In this document: positions 52,977-61,448 of the stretch, one piece after another | Layout: every line of letters begins with the position of its first letter | How positions within the stretch are numbered: position 1 is the stretch's first letter | Source: an uncultured archaeon | GTDB taxonomy: Archaea; Thermoproteota; Bathyarchaeia; Bathyarchaeales; Bathycorpusculaceae | Assembly: GCA_963810275.1 (NCBI GenBank) | Contig: CAWENF010000021.1 | Span: 231,452 to 295,451 of the forward strand | Reading direction: 5' to 3' | Length of the DNA: 64,000 bases | Program-made: the position numbers and the translations under genes | Notes under the pieces: generated by a model | The model's input: only the letters and a program-made list of their open reading frames with translations | Database searches by the model: none | Told to the model about the DNA's origin: nothing

Positions 52977-52988
52977 TTGAACAGTAAA
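52977..52988 (+). repeat. 12-bp sequence TTGAACAGTAAA, left arm of an inverted pair
   Basis: Exact reverse complement at 54955-54966; a third copy on the minus strand at 26838-26849. Confidence 0.8.
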
Positions 52989-54218
52989 GACTCAGCGTTA
53001 TCTTTGGATGCACATGTTTACCTTCACGCCATAGAAAAAGCCGACATACTCATCGGCATCCCGTCATTTAACAACGTCTTAACCGCAAGCTACGTCTTGT
53101 CTCAAGCAACAAAAGGCTTGGAAAAATACTTCCCCGATCACCGCTCCGTGATTTTCGTCTCAGACGGCAATTCCAAAGACGACACTCTAAACTCCGTGAA
53201 AAGAATCAACTTGCCATCGGAAGTCAAACTTATTCCTGCTATTTACATGGGTATCTCTGGTAAAGGACGCGCAGTTCAAGCCATCTTTGAAGCTGCCCAA
53301 AAGCTCGATGTCCAAAGCGTTGCGTTGGTCGACTCTGACCTGCGCAGCATAACGCCTGAATGGATAAAAATGTTGGTTGAGCCAACCCTTAAGGGTAACA
53401 CTGGATTTGTCGCTCCTTACTACAACCGCCGAAAATACGATGGAACCATCACTAACTTCCTCTGCTACCCAGTCATGACAAGCATCTTTGGCAAAGACAT
53501 CAGGCAACCTATCGGCGGCGACTTTGGTATCTCCCGGAAACTCGTTGACGACCTCCTTGCTTCGCCCATGTTAGAGTTCCCCGATGTGTGTCGCTTTGGA
53601 ATTGACATATTTGAAACCGCCACTGCTTTGGCTAAGGGTTATGAAGTTAAGCAGGCGTATTTGGGTGTAAAAATGCATGACGCCAAGGACCCCTCCAGTC
53701 AGCTGGCAGGCATGTTCCGCCAAGTAATGAACACTATGTTTACCGCCATCGAAATCTACGAACCCCAATGGCGAAACATAACAGGGTTATCCGAAACTGA
53801 AATGGTAGGTGAAGCCACAAACAAGACAATCCCGGAACCCATCCCAGTCTCACTTGAAGAAACTATGACGGCTTTTAAGGCCAGCTACCACCTCTTTGAT
53901 GCCTGCTACAATACGTTTCTTGAACCAGAAATAATAGCTACTTTTAGGCATTTAAAAGATTCAGAGATGTCAGATGAATTTGATGTTCCTATGGAAGTTT
54001 GGGCAAAAACCGTTTACTCTTTCATCGCGAAGTTCCACAAAACCCCGTTGGATGGTCGTGAAAACCTGATTAACGCTATGAGGGTTCTGTGGATTGGCAG
54101 AGTCGGCGCTTTCATAAAGCAAACTATAGCTGAAACCCGAGAGGAAACCGAAGCTAGAGTAAAAGAAGAAGCAAGAGTATTTAGGCAGCAAAAGCCGTAC
54201 CTGCTCAGTAAGTACTAG
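52977..54218 (+). CDS. Glycosyltransferase, single-step glucosyl/mannosylglycerate synthase (Ggs/Mgs)-like
   Basis: GIPSFNN, SDGNSKD, GKG, VDSDLRSI.PEW, Y.RRKYDGTITN, RQPIGGDF, FGIDI, K.HD.KDP. Confidence 0.75.
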   Translation: MNSKDSALSLDAHVYLHAIEKADILIGIPSFNNVLTASYVLSQATKGLEKYFPDHRSVIFVSDGNSKDDTLNSVKRINLPSEVKLIPAIYMGISGKGRAVQAIFEAAQKLDVQSVALVDSDLRSITPEWIKMLVEPTLKGNTGFVAPYYNRRKYDGTITNFLCYPVMTSIFGKDIRQPIGGDFGISRKLVDDLLASPMLEFPDVCRFGIDIFETATALAKGYEVKQAYLGVKMHDAKDPSSQLAGMFRQVMNTMFTAIEIYEPQWRNITGLSETEMVGEATNKTIPEPIPVSLEETMTAFKASYHLFDACYNTFLEPEIIATFRHLKDSEMSDEFDVPMEVWAKTVYSFIAKFHKTPLDGRENLINAMRVLWIGRVGAFIKQTIAETREETEARVKEEARVFRQQKPYLLSKY

Positions 54219-54966
54219 CCTTTTGGGCAATTAGTAGAACATGTTTCCACACGGTTTCCCTTGGGTTTTTTTGGTCCACCCAAAATGGTTTATCCACAAC
54301 TTTTAGTAGTGGTAAATCGTTTGCGCTGTCTCCCACAGCAACGGTTAAAACTGTGCAGTTTTCTTCGAGATACATTTTTTTCAAAGCTAAGGCTGAGCGT
54401 CCTTTGTCTGAATTGCCCATAGCATGCAGGTATTTGCCCCCACGGGTCACACATAACCCCATTTCTTTCAACGCTCGCAGAACTGCTTTTTTGTCGCCGC
54501 CCAGAACTTTGAAAGGTTCACTGTACTGCCGCTGCTTAGCCAACTCCGCTAACTCAAGCGGTAAACCGCTATCCTCAGCCAACTGCTTCGAATCATAATC
54601 TCCAAAGCCCCTGATTTTTGCGTGTGTTTGGGTTTTAGCAACTACAAGTTTTTCTCGTATAACGCTGTAGGGCAACCCGAACTCTACTAAATAGTAGTCT
54701 GCGGTTTGCTTGGCGTTTTTGGGGGTTTTGTGGAAATATTTTTTCGGGATAAATATGGCTCCGCCATTCTCAACAATAAACGGGTCCGTTATCTTCCATT
54801 TTTTTCGGTAATGCTCAATTTCAGCGGCGGTTTTGCTGCTGTTAAAGACCACTGCAACGTCTAGCTTTAATAGCTGCTTAAGTATTGGCTCGATTTCTGG
54901 GGCTTCGTATGCCGGGTTTAGGAGGCTGCCGTCAATATCTGCGAAAACCACGGTTTTACTGTTCAA
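54205..54966 (-). CDS. Glucosyl/mannosyl-3-phosphoglycerate phosphatase (GpgP/MpgP, HAD IIB)
   Basis: FADIDGSLL, NSSKT.AE, PFIVENG, RQYSEPF, RGGKY.H, GDSANDLP; probable TTG start overlapping the gpgS stop. Confidence 0.9.
   Translation of the reverse strand: MNSKTVVFADIDGSLLNPAYEAPEIEPILKQLLKLDVAVVFNSSKTAAEIEHYRKKWKITDPFIVENGGAIFIPKKYFHKTPKNAKQTADYYLVEFGLPYSVIREKLVVAKTQTHAKIRGFGDYDSKQLAEDSGLPLELAELAKQRQYSEPFKVLGGDKKAVLRALKEMGLCVTRGGKYLHAMGNSDKGRSALALKKMYLEENCTVLTVAVGDSANDLPLLKVVDKPFWVDQKNPRETVWKHVLLIAQKASTY
54955..54966 (-). repeat. 12-bp sequence TTGAACAGTAAA, right arm; contains the gpgS stop and the probable gpgP start
   Basis: + strand reads TTTACTGTTCAA. Confidence 0.8.
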
Positions 54967-56149
54967 TTGCTTTGTCCCTGAGTCGCTCTCTAATATCATG
55001 AATGGCCGCTGTTGCTCGCAGCCAGTCAGGCAACTGCGCCCGAATTGGGTTCTCTAGGTATTTGTTGCCCCCAGTTTTTATGACTGCACAGAGTTGGTCA
55101 ACGTTTGTTTCTTCTTCATGGCGGTCAAAGGCGAGCCTGTTGCATGTAGCATCGGCGTGGAACTGGCTGATCTTGTCTTGCGCCAGCCGCCTATAAGACA
55201 CCTGCAAACTGGTTAAGAAAGCTTCAGAGATATCGATGTTTTCGGTTTCTGTGAGTGTGCGCAGAAGCGTTACGAAACTGTCTTCTGCTGTTTTAAGCAG
55301 TCCGTCGGGACATAGTGATTTATGGCGGTGATCATAGATTCCCAAGTCTACCTGACAGATGCGACCATAGGCGACGTTGCGGTAGACTTCGGACAGTAAA
55401 CCAAGCTCAAGACCCCAATCCGCGGGTACCCGTAGGTGTGTTGCTAAGTCGCTGTAGACGGCTATCTCCCCGGCTAAGGGGTAACTAAACGACTGTAAGT
55501 AAGTTAGGAACTGGGAGTAAGGCAGCTTTTCTTGGAGAACCTCTAGAATGGGGTTAATGAAGAGGCGATGTATACGTCCGTAGAGGCGGCGTTTTTCTTG
55601 GCTTATTCTTGCGTAGTAGCCCTTAGAGAAGAAGAAATCTAGTTTTGGTTCAATCAGGGGGTACAGCATTTTAGTCGGCAGCATCTTGGTGTAGGAAACT
55701 ATGTCGGCGTCGTGGACTGCGAATGCATCAAGTTCCAATGATGCAATACCCATAGCCAGCCAAACGTCTTTGCCTTTCCCCGACATGCCAGTCACGTCTA
55801 TGCCTTTGCTTTTAAGTTCCAAAAACACTTGCTGCACTTCGGGTTTGTTGCACCATACCACATCGCAGGTAACCTTGAATTTTCGGCATAACCGCATTGC
55901 TGCTTCGTAGTCGCGGGGGTCTTGTGCAGAGAGGGCTATGAATATTTTGCTTAGATAGCTGCATTGGTTTATTTCGCTGACAATGTTGTTTATTCCAGGG
56001 TTGGATATGTCGTTGCCGTATATGGGGATTATGAGTCCAGAGTCAAATCTGCCTTTGTAACTCATCAACTCCGTGGATAGGGTATCGAAATCAAGGAAGA
56101 AATCGTGAATGTTAGCGATTTTTCTTTGATCCGTATTCACTATTCGCAC
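54956..56149 (-). CDS. gpgS: Glucosyl-3-phosphoglycerate synthase (GpgS, long type)
   Basis: GKGKDVW..G, HDADI, FSKGYYAR, LYGRI.RLF..P, FSYPLAGE, DWGLE.G.L.EV, YDHRHK, LPDW. Confidence 0.85.
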   Translation of the reverse strand: MRIVNTDQRKIANIHDFFLDFDTLSTELMSYKGRFDSGLIIPIYGNDISNPGINNIVSEINQCSYLSKIFIALSAQDPRDYEAAMRLCRKFKVTCDVVWCNKPEVQQVFLELKSKGIDVTGMSGKGKDVWLAMGIASLELDAFAVHDADIVSYTKMLPTKMLYPLIEPKLDFFFSKGYYARISQEKRRLYGRIHRLFINPILEVLQEKLPYSQFLTYLQSFSYPLAGEIAVYSDLATHLRVPADWGLELGLLSEVYRNVAYGRICQVDLGIYDHRHKSLCPDGLLKTAEDSFVTLLRTLTETENIDISEAFLTSLQVSYRRLAQDKISQFHADATCNRLAFDRHEEETNVDQLCAVIKTGGNKYLENPIRAQLPDWLRATAAIHDIRERLRDKAIEQ

Positions 56150-56431
56150 CTAAAATGTATTATTAAATTGTGCGTAAAATGTTTTTCAGTACTTGCACCA
56201 GCGTTTGCTTTAGTGTTTTGTTTTCAAGAGTTTTTTGCCTCACATGTTCTTTTTCCGTCAATATTTAGCTGTATAAGTATAAGGTTACCGTTCAAAGCGG
56301 AACCTTAATCACTCCTCTACTTGAATATTAGATGGCGCGAGCGGGTTTGCTATTTATTGCGATTGTTTTTGTGTTTATCGAAAAATAAGCGGAAGCGCCC
56401 CAGGAATAGCGGAAGCATTCAATAGTAAGCG

Positions 56432-57763
56432 ATGACTTGGATATATGTGAGCAGAATGATAAGCGTTAAAGTGGCAACCGCCATTGGTCTTGGCGCAATC
56501 ATCGGAGCAGGCATTTTTGTTTTAAGCGGAACTGCCATCGCTTTGGCTGGTTCAGCGGCTTTAATATCGTTTGTAATCGTCGGCGTGATAGCACTAATTG
56601 TGGCTTTGGAGCTAGGCGAGTTAGGATCCATTATGCCCCAGGCAGAAGGCGGTTCCTACTCGTTTGCTTACGAAGCGTTTGGCAGTGAACTCGGCTTTAT
56701 AACAGGCATAATGCTGTACTTTGCCTACGCTTCCGCCATAGCGCCTATATCTTTGGGTTTTGGCTCTTATCTCGCAAGCCTTCTGGGGGTAACTTCAAGC
56801 ATTGCTCCAACCGTGTTTGCTATTGTGTTGATTTTGGTTTTAACGGTAGTCAATATTTTGGGCATAAGCAAAGCTGCAAAAGTGGACTTTGGCTTGGTGA
56901 TAGTAAAAATTGCCATACTCCTAGTTTTCATAGCCTTCGCCTTGTTTTTTGTCTTCGGCAATAGTGCCAACATGGAAACCAACTTCACGACTGGTCTTGA
57001 GTCAGCAAGCATTAGCTCAATTTTTGCGGCTTCAGTGGTGATTTTCTTTGCTTACTCGGGGTTCCAAGCGATTTCCACCGTAACCAAAGACGTTAAAGGT
57101 GGCGGTTCCGGGGCAGCTAAAGCCATCATCAGCGCAGTTCTTGTGAGTATAGCTCTTTACAGTCTTGTTGTTGTTGCATTGCTGTTTTTGATGCCTGCAA
57201 GCCAGTTTACGGTGTCTTCTGACCCGCTTTCTTCTGCTTTAATATATGCGGGTGCACCAGCATGGCTTTTCACTTTGATTTCCATAGGTGCGCTAATAGC
57301 TACTACGTCTGCTGCTCTCGCTATGATTTTGAGTTCCTCCCGAGTGCTATACCAAATAGGTTATGACAAGTTATTGCCAAAGTTCGTACGTAAGTATAAC
57401 CAAAAACGTGACGTAGCGGTTAATGGTGTTCTAATTTCCGCAGTAATCGGCATAATAATGCTTTTCTCAGGTAACATCTACGTGATGGCTTCAATCAGCA
57501 ACTTTGGCATACTCTTCTGCTACCTTATTGCAAGCTTTGCTTTGATACATTTTAGACGTAGAAAGAAAAGTGGAAGCTTCAAGATGCCGCTCTACCCAGC
57601 CCTTGCAGTAGCGGGCATAATAGGTTTAATTGCCCTGTTAATCGGTATGCCCCGAGAAGCACTAATAGTAGGCGCAGCAATGATTCTGACTCTAATCGTT
57701 ATCTACTATACCCTGATTGAGGCAGAGGATAGGGAAGTTGAAAAAATTGAAATCTTCAACTAA
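56432..57763 (+). CDS. APC-superfamily amino acid permease
   Basis: GAIIGAGIFVL.G, EL.S..P..GGSY, FFAYSGF; about 12 TM helices. Confidence 0.92.
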   Translation: MTWIYVSRMISVKVATAIGLGAIIGAGIFVLSGTAIALAGSAALISFVIVGVIALIVALELGELGSIMPQAEGGSYSFAYEAFGSELGFITGIMLYFAYASAIAPISLGFGSYLASLLGVTSSIAPTVFAIVLILVLTVVNILGISKAAKVDFGLVIVKIAILLVFIAFALFFVFGNSANMETNFTTGLESASISSIFAASVVIFFAYSGFQAISTVTKDVKGGGSGAAKAIISAVLVSIALYSLVVVALLFLMPASQFTVSSDPLSSALIYAGAPAWLFTLISIGALIATTSAALAMILSSSRVLYQIGYDKLLPKFVRKYNQKRDVAVNGVLISAVIGIIMLFSGNIYVMASISNFGILFCYLIASFALIHFRRRKKSGSFKMPLYPALAVAGIIGLIALLIGMPREALIVGAAMILTLIVIYYTLIEAEDREVEKIEIFN

Positions 57764-57920
57764 TAAAGAGAGTTAGGGAGCAGATTTTAGTTCGATTTTA
57801 CCGCAGTAGGGGCAAAAATATGCGAAGAAATCAAGAACCTTGGCGTGGGCGTCTTCTATGAGGGTTAGTTCAGCTTTTAGTAGTGGGTGTTATGCTGTTA
57901 AAGTTCTATCGAAATAAAAA

Positions 57921-58127
57921 TTAGCTGTCTTGAACAATAAAAGCGATTTTGACTATTGCATGGTACTCTGCAATTTGGTTGTTTTGTATGGTTGCCTTGC
58001 AGCTTTTCACGTAGAGGGATTTGATGTTTTTCACGGTTTTTGCGGCTTGCGCTAAAGCGTTTTTGGCGGCGTCTTCCCAGCTGTCTGGTGATGCCCCTAT
58101 CAACTCGATTACTTTTACAACGGTCAT
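57921..58127 (-). CDS. Dodecin-family protein
   Basis: VVKVIELIGASPDSWEDAA..A...A.KT...EY....KIAF. Confidence 0.9.
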   Translation of the reverse strand: MTVVKVIELIGASPDSWEDAAKNALAQAAKTVKNIKSLYVKSCKATIQNNQIAEYHAIVKIAFIVQDS

Positions 58128-59077
58128 CTTTAATCACAGGTTGATTATGCTAAACTTCTCATATGAATGTCTGTGACTACAAACTAGACACAACAGTTCA
58201 ATAGAGGAAAATGGAATCATCGGAGTTATGGTTTTTTTGTCTCTTTGTGTGGGTGTGTTGCCTTTTGCTCTCCACACCACACTCTGGGTTGTGTGTTTGG
58301 TTGCTTTTTTGTTTTGGGCTGTTATCCTGTTGCGGTTTTAGTGTGGGAAGTTGTCTTTGCCCACACTGCCTATGTTGGAAGTATGTTGAGATGTGTGGAA
58401 AAGAGTGTGGGAGTATGTTGGACTTTGGGTTTCTTTTTCGATTCTGATATCAATTGCATATGATGGTGTAGTGTGTGGGTGGGATTTGATGCTTAAAGGG
58501 TGGCGGCAGGCGTTTGGAGATTAATTATTTTTCTCTCTAACGGTTCTGATGGTTTGATGTACATATTCTTCTTTCGTAAAAAAGCGAAACCCCAAGAACT
58601 AATAGAATAGGATAGAAAACCAGCAGAAGAGAGGCGTAGTGGTGGACTAAACTTTTGGCTCGCATTGCTTCTTGTTGGAAGCGCTATGTTTGGTATCGCT
58701 CAGATTCTTGGCATACGTCTTTTCTTTTTTCTAGAGGAGCAGTTTTTCAGGTTTGATTCTTCTTTTGATTTCCATCTCTGGTCAATGCCGCTATTTCGAG
58801 TTTTTTCAGTAGGTAGTGTGTGTTCAGTTATGGCACTTTTTATGTGGCGAAAAATAATATGCCTTTTTGCGGTAGCCTGATTGATAATAGTCTGGCAGGT
58901 GGTGTTCTGACTTTAGTGTTATAATTAATTGTGTTCCGGTGGGTATCCTCGGTATATTGTTGAGTACCGAATGGTAGCTTATTTTGAAATTAAATGCTCT
59001 TAAAAGAGTAGTTTAGACTTTAATGTCTCTGAAAAGTACTTTTATTTACGTTTCCACGTACTTAGGTATCTCGCATA

Positions 59078-59956
59078 TTGGTGGCTGCTGGTCAGTTGGA
59101 AGAAGCGATTGTAACCCGCAATTTAACAAAGATGTACAAAGATGTTTGTGCAGTAAAAAACCTAAACATAAGTGTACACTCAGGTGAAGTTTTTGGTTTT
59201 CTTGGTCCTAACGGAGCAGGCAAAACAACAACCATTCGTGCTCTTACAGGATTAACGCAGCCCTCGTCTGGGTCCATCTTTGTCTCTGGGTTTGATATAG
59301 CAAAAGATCCAGTCAAAGTCAAAAGGGTAATCGGGGTAGTACAGCAGCATCTAACGTTTGATTTGGATTTGAATTTGTGGGAAAATATGGAGTTACATGC
59401 CCGACTTCATCATATTAGCGTAGATGAACGCAGGCAACGCATCAGGGAGCTTCTTGAGTTTGTTGGTTTAACCAGACAGAGTGAGAAAATGATTGAAGAC
59501 TTATCGGGCGGGATGAAGAAAGCAGCAATGATTGCCCGAGCTTTGATTCATAGACCACAAGTGCTCTTTTTGGATGAACCCACTGTAGGCTTAGATGTTC
59601 AGGTACGGCGCAGAATGTGGGACTTGATCCGCAGTTTAAGTTGCGGCGGTACCTCTATTTTTCTGACTACTCACTACATTGAGGAAGCTGAAGCACTTTG
59701 TCGACGAGTAGGTATTGTTCATCAGGGTAATTTGATTGCTTTAGGGTCACCTTCAGAGCTTCGGCAGGCTGTGGGGTTGGTGACTGTTGAGGTTTTGGTT
59801 GATGGCGAATTTACACGTTACGAGCATTTTGCCGATCGAGAAACAGCCATCGATTATGTGCAGGGACTTTCGTCTAGTGTTAAGACTGTTATTCGTGATT
59901 CTAGTCTTGAAGATGTCTTTGTTAAGTTAACAGGTAAAACAGTGAGTGATGAATAA
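59078..59956 (+). CDS. ABC exporter ATP-binding protein (DrrA/NodI type)
   Basis: GPNGAGKTT, LSGGM, LDEPT.GLD, TTHY.EEA, LEDVF..LTG. Confidence 0.93.
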   Translation: MVAAGQLEEAIVTRNLTKMYKDVCAVKNLNISVHSGEVFGFLGPNGAGKTTTIRALTGLTQPSSGSIFVSGFDIAKDPVKVKRVIGVVQQHLTFDLDLNLWENMELHARLHHISVDERRQRIRELLEFVGLTRQSEKMIEDLSGGMKKAAMIARALIHRPQVLFLDEPTVGLDVQVRRRMWDLIRSLSCGGTSIFLTTHYIEEAEALCRRVGIVHQGNLIALGSPSELRQAVGLVTVEVLVDGEFTRYEHFADRETAIDYVQGLSSSVKTVIRDSSLEDVFVKLTGKTVSDE

Positions 59957-60701
59957 TATGGAGACGCTTCGTGATATTGGCACTGTTGTTTGGGTTGATT
60001 TGCGATTTCTGCGCCGAAACTTGGGCAAGACGATGGCTCTTACCCTTATCGCTCCTGTACTGTATCTGTTGGCGTTTGGTTACGGGTTAGGCAGAGGCAC
60101 AATTATCGAGGGCTACACCTACCTTGACTTTGTAGTTCCTGGAATTATAGCGTTAACTGCGATGACAACTGCTTTTAACACTTCAGGCCTCAAACTGCAT
60201 GTGGACCGCTTGTTCTACAAATGTTTCGACGAGACCTTGATGGCGCCAGTAAGTGCTTTTTCGATAATTGTAGGCAAAGCCATAATCGGCGTTGTACGGG
60301 GATTACTCAGTTCAGCCGCACTGCTTGCTGTTGCCTTGCTTTTTTCGCCCCTACCCGCTATGAATATGCTTTTTCCGTTAAGTCTCGTTTTAACCTGTTT
60401 TGTTTTCTCCTTCTTAGGTGTCACTGTTGCTTTTTTAGCTAAAACCCATCAGGACATGACTCTTTTTATGAGTTTAGTGATTTTGCCTATGTCTTTTCTA
60501 AGCGGTACATTCTTTTCTTTAAACCAGATTCCAGCAGCATTAAGTATCGCCTTATACTTGTCACCTCTAACGCATGCGTGCATGTGTCTGCGGGCCTCTG
60601 CGCTTGGGCAAGGTTTCCCATGGTTTTCTCTTTTGGTTCTGTTGGCATTTGGGGCGGTATTTTTTGCTCCTTTGTTTTGTTGCTCTAAAAAAAGCGCGTA
60701 A
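59946..60701 (+). CDS. ABC-2 type permease (possible frameshift in the last codons)
   Basis: YLDFVVPGI, PMSFLSGTFF, PLTH; the alternative frame ends FVALKKARK at 60705. Confidence 0.88.
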   Translation: MMNNMETLRDIGTVVWVDLRFLRRNLGKTMALTLIAPVLYLLAFGYGLGRGTIIEGYTYLDFVVPGIIALTAMTTAFNTSGLKLHVDRLFYKCFDETLMAPVSAFSIIVGKAIIGVVRGLLSSAALLAVALLFSPLPAMNMLFPLSLVLTCFVFSFLGVTVAFLAKTHQDMTLFMSLVILPMSFLSGTFFSLNQIPAALSIALYLSPLTHACMCLRASALGQGFPWFSLLVLLAFGAVFFAPLFCCSKKSA

Positions 60702-60971
60702 ATAGGTTAAGGCAGTGTGCGGTAATGGACTTGACCCCTCGGCCTCTTGGAGTAAGTCAGCGTTAAGTTTGAAAAGCTCTCTACCGAACCTTCCCTTCAA
60801 CGATGGTTTGGTCACTTTAAAAAGTCGTCACTATAGTTTTCTGCGGTTTTCTTTTCTCTTTGTGTCGTTTATGTTGGCGTGTGGCAACTCGGTTTTGTTG
60901 TATTGTTGTACTGTTTTTTGGTTTTTATTGAAAAATGATAGTTTTATAAGCCCACTGGTTGAGCAAACAAA

Positions 60972-61448
60972 TTGGTTGTAGAATTGACTGACCGTAAGAG
61001 GTGGAGCAGCGATGAGGAAACAGAGCTTAAGGCGCTCTTGGAATCTGACGTTAAGGTCGAGGAGATAGCTAATAGGTTACACAAGACGGTCAGCGCCGTT
61101 ATAGTTAAGTGCCAGCGTCTTGGGTTGCAGTTACCCACTGAAGGTTATTTGTGCAATGCAATTCCTTTGCCCAGGGATTTGCCCAGCATAGAGGAGGCGG
61201 GAAGGTTGCTCGCGGGTGCTATGAAAGCCTCTGCTAAAGCTGGATTGAACCGGCTTGAAGTTCAACGCTTAACGGCTGTGGCTACCATTACTAAAACCTA
61301 CAAAGAACTCATCGTTGATTACGCTGGCTATCGTGAGTTAGAGCGCAAAGTAGAGAAGGTTGAGAGAGAAAATGTGCAGATGCGAGAGGAACTCAAGAAG
61401 ATTGAGCAAAGAAGCTCGAGCGCTCCGTCCGAACCTGCTAAAAGCTAA
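60972..61448 (+). CDS. Myb/GcrA-like HTH protein with C-terminal coiled coil; putative terminase small subunit
   Basis: WSSDEETELKALL...EEIANRLHKTVSAVIVKCQRLGL, helical core, coiled-coil tail; overlaps the terminase gene. Confidence 0.7.
   Translation: MVVELTDRKRWSSDEETELKALLESDVKVEEIANRLHKTVSAVIVKCQRLGLQLPTEGYLCNAIPLPRDLPSIEEAGRLLAGAMKASAKAGLNRLEVQRLTAVATITKTYKELIVDYAGYRELERKVEKVERENVQMREELKKIEQRSSSAPSEPAKS

Noticed and set aside
58558-58880. Membrane ORF with an in-frame TAG (possible pyrrolysine read-through)
   Set aside because: No family recognised and no pyl genes in the window; more likely a decayed fragment.
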